From: Flavobacteriaceae bacterium
GTDB taxonomy: Bacteria > Bacteroidota > Bacteroidia > Flavobacteriales > Flavobacteriaceae
Direction: 5' to 3'
NCBI GenBank assembly: GCA_965662885.1
Contig: CBFIJI010000002.1
Location: 2,096-66,095, forward strand
Length of the DNA: 64,000 nucleotides
This document shows, one piece after another, positions 58,438 to 64,000 of the stretch; position 1 is the first letter of the stretch; each line of letters starts with the position of its first letter. The notes below the pieces were generated by a model that did not search any database, was not told where the DNA came from, and was given only the letters and a program-made list of their open reading frames with translations. Position numbers and translations under genes: made by a program.

Positions 58438-59181
58438 TTATTCATAAGAAATGATCGTATAAAAATAGGCTGCTCGGAGGTACCGAATGGAAAGATCGGG
58501 ATTTACAAAGTAACTTTTTCGTACTTGATTTAAAAACAAACCTGTGTTCTCCTCCACAGATTCATTCATGATAAGACTAATACGTCCATCGTGATTCACC
58601 TGTGATGCTTTTAAGCGATAGGTGTCCACATCGAAGTAATAGTGCCAAATATCTGCTTGGGGGTCATCATCGTATTGGATGCGAATCTGATGGACTTTTT
58701 GATTCCCTAAAAGTTGTGTTGTTCCCTCATAAGTCAACATCGCTTGATCGTCTAAAAGTTTATAAGGTTGCCAAAAAACATATAGCGCCGCATCCATGAT
58801 TTTATTCATGGCATCAAGATCTTGTGAGGCTGTTACTGCTTCACCATTCTCAAAAACGGAAATACCTTCCGCTGTTTTCTCCACCCTTTGGAAGGTTCCG
58901 TTGGGGTTCCATTCCATCACTGATTTCTTTGGTTGCCATTCATGAGTATGCATTTGCATGATGGTTTGCTCTAAGGTGCCTAAGCTGTCATAGAGTTTTA
59001 TTTCTTTTAGATATTCAATTTTTTTAAACGATTCCCAAAGTGCTTGTCCACCATGGGCGCCAATCGATTTTTTTATAATTGTCATGGGTTCAGGAGCCTT
59101 ATTACAACCAAACAAAATCAAGAAGAGTCCTAAAAAGTAGGGAAGTTTAAGAGAAGAAATAGGCTTTAGATGATAAAACAT
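58438..59181 (-). CDS. lipoprotein of unknown function (paralog of 55633..56382)
   Basis: 247 aa with a lipobox (LFGCNK). See the shared blocks listed for 55633..56382. Confidence 0.6.
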   Translation of the reverse strand: MFYHLKPISSLKLPYFLGLFLILFGCNKAPEPMTIIKKSIGAHGGQALWESFKKIEYLKEIKLYDSLGTLEQTIMQMHTHEWQPKKSVMEWNPNGTFQRVEKTAEGISVFENGEAVTASQDLDAMNKIMDAALYVFWQPYKLLDDQAMLTYEGTTQLLGNQKVHQIRIQYDDDPQADIWHYYFDVDTYRLKASQVNHDGRISLIMNESVEENTGLFLNQVRKSYFVNPDLSIRYLRAAYFYTIISYE

Positions 59182-59250
59182 AGAGCAATAAAATTAATTC
59201 GTAAATTAGGAAAAATTTAGGCAATTATAAAAACGATAATCTTTAAAAGA

Positions 59251-60828
59251 ATGAAAAAACACCTTCTCTTTGTGCTCTGCTTTTCTTCAATGCTGAGTAT
59301 TGCGCAACAGTATTCCAATAAGAAAATAAAAAATTTAAAAGCTACCGCTATAGAAAATGTTCAAACGGATCATAAAAGTACTCAGGTAATGGTCGATAAG
59401 ATATTCAGTTTTGCCGAGTTAGGCTTCCAAGAGATTGAATCATCAAAATATTTAACGGGAATTTTAAAAAATGCAGGCTTTGAAATAGAAAACGGGATTT
59501 CAGACATCCCCACAGCTTGGATGGCGCGTTGGAGTAACGGAGAAGGGCCTGTAATTGCTTTAGGAAGTGATGTAGATTGTATACCCAAGGCTTCGCAATA
59601 TCCTGGAGTGGCTTACCATAAACCCATGGTTGAGGGAGCACCAGGTCATGGCGAAGGACATAATTCAGGAATCCCTGTGATCATAACAGCAGCAATAAGT
59701 GTTCAAAAAATAATGAAAGAAAATGACATTAAAGGAACTCTTGTTATATGGCCTGGAATTGCGGAAGAACTGGTGGCCTCAAAGGCTTGGTATGTTCGTG
59801 ATGGATATTTTGACAATATCGACATGTGTATCTTTACCCATGTAAGCAGTAACCTTGCTGTTTCTTACGGCCAAGCCAGAGGAACAGGATTGATTTCTGT
59901 TGAATATTCTTTTGAAGGAGAAGCAGCACATTCTGCAGGTTCCCCATGGCGAGGTCGAAGTGCTCTTGATGCTGCCGAATTGATGAATATTGGATGGAAT
60001 TATAAAAGAGAACATTTACATCCTTTAAAGCGCTCGCATTCCATCTTTACTGATGCAGGAGACCAACCCAATGTGGTTCCGTCAAAAGCGTCTATTTGGT
60101 TTTATCTAAGGGATATTACCTATGATGGAATTATGAAAATGTACAATGATGCCAATAATATTGCGGAGGGTGCAGCGTTGATGACCGACACCAAGGTGAG
60201 TTCGAAAATTGTCGGTACGGCATGGCCACGACATTTCAATAAAGTCATTGCAGAAAGCATGTATCAAAACATTTTATCGGTAGGTTTACCAGAGTGGTCA
60301 GCAGCCGATCAACAACTGGCAACAGCTGTTCAAAAAGAAGTCAATTCTAAAAACACAAACGGCTTGTCCTCCAAACTTGCTGATCTAGGAAAACCCGCTG
60401 TTTCGCCAATTAGTGGTGGTTCAGATGACATTGGGGACATTTCTTGGAAAATTCCTACAGTAACGCTACGCTTTCCTTCCAACATACCAGGACTTCAAGG
60501 ACATCACTGGTCCAATGCCATTACAATGGCGACTCCTATTGCGCATAAAGGAGCAACTGCTGGAGCAAAAGTTGTTGCTGCAACAGTCATTGATTTTTTG
60601 ACCCAACCCAAGCTGTTAAATCAAGCAAAGGATTATTTTGAAAATGTCCAAAGTAAAGAAACCAAATACGTTCCGATGATAACAGAAAAGGATCCACCTC
60701 CAATCTATTTAAACAAAGGGATAATGGATCAATACCGCCCACAATTAGAGGAGTTTTATTATGACGAAACAAAATATGATACCTATTTGGAGCAGTTGGG
60801 AATTAGCTATCCTACATTAAAAAAATAA
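59251..60828 (+). CDS. secreted M20-family amidohydrolase (AbgB/aminoacylase-like)
   Basis: 525 aa with a signal peptide (..LSIAQQ). M20 metal-binding context is present (GSDVDCIP, HGEGHNSG, EAAHSAG). Confidence 0.7.
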   Translation: MKKHLLFVLCFSSMLSIAQQYSNKKIKNLKATAIENVQTDHKSTQVMVDKIFSFAELGFQEIESSKYLTGILKNAGFEIENGISDIPTAWMARWSNGEGPVIALGSDVDCIPKASQYPGVAYHKPMVEGAPGHGEGHNSGIPVIITAAISVQKIMKENDIKGTLVIWPGIAEELVASKAWYVRDGYFDNIDMCIFTHVSSNLAVSYGQARGTGLISVEYSFEGEAAHSAGSPWRGRSALDAAELMNIGWNYKREHLHPLKRSHSIFTDAGDQPNVVPSKASIWFYLRDITYDGIMKMYNDANNIAEGAALMTDTKVSSKIVGTAWPRHFNKVIAESMYQNILSVGLPEWSAADQQLATAVQKEVNSKNTNGLSSKLADLGKPAVSPISGGSDDIGDISWKIPTVTLRFPSNIPGLQGHHWSNAITMATPIAHKGATAGAKVVAATVIDFLTQPKLLNQAKDYFENVQSKETKYVPMITEKDPPPIYLNKGIMDQYRPQLEEFYYDETKYDTYLEQLGISYPTLKK

Positions 60829-60837
60829 TATCATTTT

Positions 60838-61287
60838 ATGTCAAAAAAAAGGAGACTACTACTCGGACTTTATTTGACTTCGCTATGCCTTTATGCACAA
60901 GAGCCGATTAAAGAGATTGATTCATTACAAATCATTCAGGTTTTATTTGACCAACAAAAAGCATGGAACAGTACTGATATAAATGCCTTTATGGAGGGAT
61001 ATTGGCAATCGGACAGACTTGTTTTTTCAGGTTCAGGTGGCCCCATTTACGGATGGGAAGCTACCAAAAAACGCTATGAAAAAAATTATCCAGATGCAGC
61101 AGCAATGGGAACGCTTAGGTTTACCCTTTTGGATATGATTCAGGTGGATGAAAATACAGTCCAAATGCAAGGGCGTTATGACTTAATTCGAACGCTTGGT
61201 GACAATCACGGATATTTCACCCTCTTGTGGAAAAAAATTAATAAACGCTGGCTCATTATTAGCGATCATACCTCAGCGGCAAACTAA
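60838..61287 (+). CDS. secreted NTF2/SnoaL-like (DUF4440-type) protein
   Basis: 149 aa with a signal peptide. The size and the W/Y-rich alpha+beta pattern (QQKAWNSTDINAFMEGYW ... WKKINKRWLIISDH) fit this fold. Confidence 0.55.
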   Translation: MSKKRRLLLGLYLTSLCLYAQEPIKEIDSLQIIQVLFDQQKAWNSTDINAFMEGYWQSDRLVFSGSGGPIYGWEATKKRYEKNYPDAAAMGTLRFTLLDMIQVDENTVQMQGRYDLIRTLGDNHGYFTLLWKKINKRWLIISDHTSAAN

Positions 61288-61291
61288 AACA

Positions 61292-62755
61292 ATGGATTTA
61301 AGCAAACGTATTGGACTTGTTCTAGGACCTACTCTTTTTTCGATCTTCCTCCTTTTTGGAAATTTTGAAGGATTATCTCCCGAAGGTCATGCCATTTTGG
61401 GGGCCACCATGTGGATTGCTATTTGGTGGATTACCGAAGCGGTTCCAATTGCGGTTACCGCTTTACTTCCTATCGTCCTCTTTCCACTCTCTGGGGGAAT
61501 GGATCTCGCAACCACTACTAGTGCTTTTGGACATAAGTATGTATTTCTTTATTTAGGAGGGTTTGTTATAGCGATTGCCATTGAAAAATGGAACCTTCAT
61601 CGAAGAATCGCATTAACAATTATTTATTTTATCGGTTCGGATGTTCGGAAAATCATCTTAGGATTTATGCTGGCTACCGCTTTTTTATCCATGTGGATTT
61701 CAAATACCGCTACCTCTGTGATGATGCTGCCCATCGGTATTGCTATAATCAAACAATTAAAAGACAATCCCGACACCATTGAAGATGAAAATTTAATTTT
61801 TGGAAAAGCGTTGATGTTAGCCATTGCCTATAGCGCCTCTATTGGTGGAATTGCAACCCTCATCGGAACCCCACCCAACCTCGTATTGGCCGGAGTAATT
61901 TTAGACACCTACAACTACGAAATCAGCTTTTTTCAATGGTTTATTTTTGGTTTTCCGATTTCCATCGTACTCCTTTTTATTTGTTGGAAGTATCTCACCC
62001 GAGTAGCTTTTCGTTTTCAACAAAAAGAATTCCCAGGCGGACGATCTGAAATAAAAAGATTAAAAGAGGCCTTAGGAGCCATCTCTTACGAAGAGCGTCT
62101 AGTAGCCATCGTCTTTGGATTGACCGCTTTTTGTTGGATCACCCGTTCTTTTCTCTTACAAAAACTACTTCCTGCGATTGACGATACCATTATCGCTATT
62201 TCCTTTGCAGTTCTACTTTTTATTTTACCAGCAAAATCAAAAAAAGAACGGATTGTTCAATGGAAAGAAGCGGTAAAATTACCTTGGGGGATCATCTTAC
62301 TTTTTGGAGGGGGGATGGCCCTCGCCAAAGCATTTGTGAATAGCGGTCTTGCCATTTGGATTGGCGAACAGATGACGGCTTTAGGGGGACTCTCTTTATT
62401 TCTCTTATTTATATTTCTCATTGCAGCAGTCAACTTTTTGACTGAAATCACGTCAAATTTGGCAACTACCGCCATGCTATTACCCGTTTTAGCTCCAATG
62501 GCACTAGAAATTGGGGTGCACCCTTTTGGGTTAATGGTCAGTGCTGCTGTTGCAGCATCTTGCGCATTTATGCTTCCTGTGGCAACACCTCCCAATGCAG
62601 TTGTTTTTGGCTCGGGCTATTTACGTATTCCCGATATGGTCTCCAAAGGAATTATTATGAATCTGGTTTCCATTATTTTAATCGCTTTATTCATCTATTT
62701 TATTCTACCCGAACTTTGGAATTTTGATCTCAGTCTTCACCCCAGTACATTTTAA
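61292..62755 (+). CDS. DASS/SLC13-family di/tricarboxylate or anion:sodium symporter
   Basis: 487 aa polytopic protein with the paired hairpin motifs SNTATSVMMLPI and SNLATTAMLLPV, plus PPNAVVF. I chose the ATG at 61292 over the ORF-track start at 61196, which overlaps the upstream gene. Confidence 0.8.
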   Translation: MDLSKRIGLVLGPTLFSIFLLFGNFEGLSPEGHAILGATMWIAIWWITEAVPIAVTALLPIVLFPLSGGMDLATTTSAFGHKYVFLYLGGFVIAIAIEKWNLHRRIALTIIYFIGSDVRKIILGFMLATAFLSMWISNTATSVMMLPIGIAIIKQLKDNPDTIEDENLIFGKALMLAIAYSASIGGIATLIGTPPNLVLAGVILDTYNYEISFFQWFIFGFPISIVLLFICWKYLTRVAFRFQQKEFPGGRSEIKRLKEALGAISYEERLVAIVFGLTAFCWITRSFLLQKLLPAIDDTIIAISFAVLLFILPAKSKKERIVQWKEAVKLPWGIILLFGGGMALAKAFVNSGLAIWIGEQMTALGGLSLFLLFIFLIAAVNFLTEITSNLATTAMLLPVLAPMALEIGVHPFGLMVSAAVAASCAFMLPVATPPNAVVFGSGYLRIPDMVSKGIIMNLVSIILIALFIYFILPELWNFDLSLHPSTF

Positions 62756-62867
62756 TCGAATAACCTCTATTGTTCGAGAAATGAGTAAGACAAGCTGAGT
62801 TCAGATCGGAAATATTTCATAAAAAATATGTATCAGAAAAAAAGGGAATTTAAACAAGAGGTTCAGT

Positions 62868-64000
62868 TTACAATTCAAGTGCCCAATCTAATAATTGAGG
62901 GCGAATATTTAAATCGTAAATCCCACGTTGCTTCCTACTCGGATATACTCGATTACTCAGGAAAATAAAGATACATTCCTCTTGTGGATCTACCCAAACC
63001 AAAGTTCCAGTAAAACCGCTGTGGCCATAACTTGAAGGACTACTTTTTACGGAAGGATAGGGGGTGGAGGTTGTTATTGTATCCCTTTCTGGTTTATCAA
63101 AGCCTAAGCCTCTTCGATTATCACTATTGGGATAGGCTTTTGATGTAAAGAGATCTATCGTTTCTGGGCGTAAATAGGTGTGCCCCTTATAGGTTCCACC
63201 AGAAGAGAACATAAGCATGAGTTGCAGAATAGAATTTGCATTTCCAAAAAGTCCAGCATTTCCGGAAATTCCTCCCATCATGGCAGCAGCTTCATCGTGT
63301 ACCCATCCGTGAACCAGTTGTTTTCGAAATAAAGAATCAATTTCTGTTGGGACAAGTTCTGATTTTGGAAAACGCCGATGGGGAAGAAACCCTAAGCGCT
63401 CAATATCCATAGGATGATAGAATTCCTTATTCAAAAACCTTTCAAAAGAGGTTCCACTAAGCTCAGCAACCAAATGCGGTAAAAGAAAAAACCACAAGCC
63501 CGAATACCGATAGTTTCCAACTGTTTCTAATGGAGTGCGTCGAATGCGACGCATGATTTTTCTTGGGTACCGTTTAAATACGAATAGGGAATCATTAATT
63601 GCGTGGGGAAAACGCTTACTTTTCTTTCGAGCAAGTGTTCGTGCTTTAAACGCATTATTTTTTTTAAAAACCGTATTCTGATGTGACAGGTAGGGAAGCC
63701 AACCAGCACTATGGCTTAAGACGTGTCGAAAGGTTGTCTTAGACTTGTTTCCCCGCTTTAAGAGAGGTAAATACTCCGAAATAGGACGGTCCAAATCAAT
63801 ACCGTACACTTCATATAATTTCATAAAAGCCAAGGTTCCAGCCAATATTTTAGTGACGGAAGCCAAATCATATAAATGATGATTTTCGACAGCAACGAGC
63901 GAGTCATAGGTGTGAAACCCATAAGATTGATTCACTTCAATCTGTCCTTTTTTATAAATTAAGAGTTGTGCACCAGGAAACGCTTTATTTTCAATTCCCA
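62868..64000 (-). CDS. serine hydrolase, beta-lactamase/PBP4* family (5' end beyond the right edge)
   Basis: SxxK motif SVTK. The reading frame stays open upstream of the ORF-track GTG to the window edge (..GIENKAFPGAQLLIYKKGQIEVNQSYGF..). The gene is therefore truncated by the window. Confidence 0.75.
   Translation of the reverse strand, partial: GIENKAFPGAQLLIYKKGQIEVNQSYGFHTYDSLVAVENHHLYDLASVTKILAGTLAFMKLYEVYGIDLDRPISEYLPLLKRGNKSKTTFRHVLSHSAGWLPYLSHQNTVFKKNNAFKARTLARKKSKRFPHAINDSLFVFKRYPRKIMRRIRRTPLETVGNYRYSGLWFFLLPHLVAELSGTSFERFLNKEFYHPMDIERLGFLPHRRFPKSELVPTEIDSLFRKQLVHGWVHDEAAAMMGGISGNAGLFGNANSILQLMLMFSSGGTYKGHTYLRPETIDLFTSKAYPNSDNRRGLGFDKPERDTITTSTPYPSVKSSPSSYGHSGFTGTLVWVDPQEECIFIFLSNRVYPSRKQRGIYDLNIRPQLLDWALEL

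Noticed and set aside
61196-61291. A 32-codon N-terminal extension of the DASS transporter is suggested by the ORF track.
   Set aside because: It overlaps the end of the NTF2-like gene by 92 nt and encodes no helix. The ATG at 61292 (MDLSKRIGLVLGP...) lies 4 nt after the upstream stop.

Overview
AT-rich (roughly one-third G+C by eye, not computed), very densely packed chromosomal segment of a Flavobacteriia (Bacteroidota) genome. The taxon call rests on a gldK-gldL-gldM-gldN cluster, Bacteroidota-type TAnnTTTG -7 promoter boxes, short leaders without Shine-Dalgarno sequences, and protein sequences typical of the group. I support about 52 CDS, one tRNA-Phe, four rho-independent terminators and about ten promoter elements. 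Nearly everything is conserved housekeeping or envelope biology. This includes coaX; an lptC-containing envelope cluster with ppiD; two mevalonate-pathway genes; DPP-IV plus a POT peptide transporter; comEC, lpxB, surE and ctp; mreBCD-mrdA-rodA; and purH. It also includes groES-groEL; secG and lptE; a sigma-54 activator; miaB; a SulP plus CstB-like sulfur pair; topA; the type IX secretion (T9SS)/gliding core gldKLMN; an ABC-F ATPase; trxB; a long-form nagB; and an M20 amidohydrolase/DASS transporter unit. I found no CRISPR array, transposase, integrase, phage gene, toxin-antitoxin pair, recognisable defence gene or obvious compositional island. I therefore cannot honestly point to a clear-cut novel multi-gene system here. 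The best leads are: (1) a near-consensus sigma-54 -24/-12 promoter in front of an orphan 105-aa ORF, together with a receiver-less sigma-54 activator elsewhere in the window; (2) an arginase-fold protein that appears to have lost its metal ligands, translationally coupled to topA and directly upstream of gldK; (3) a GYDIA-type GHMP kinase coupled to HMG-CoA reductase; (4) a SulP transporter paired with a persulfide dioxygenase-rhodanese fusion; and (5) several tight couplings to uncharacterised small proteins. All family assignments come from reading the translations for motifs; no database search was run.
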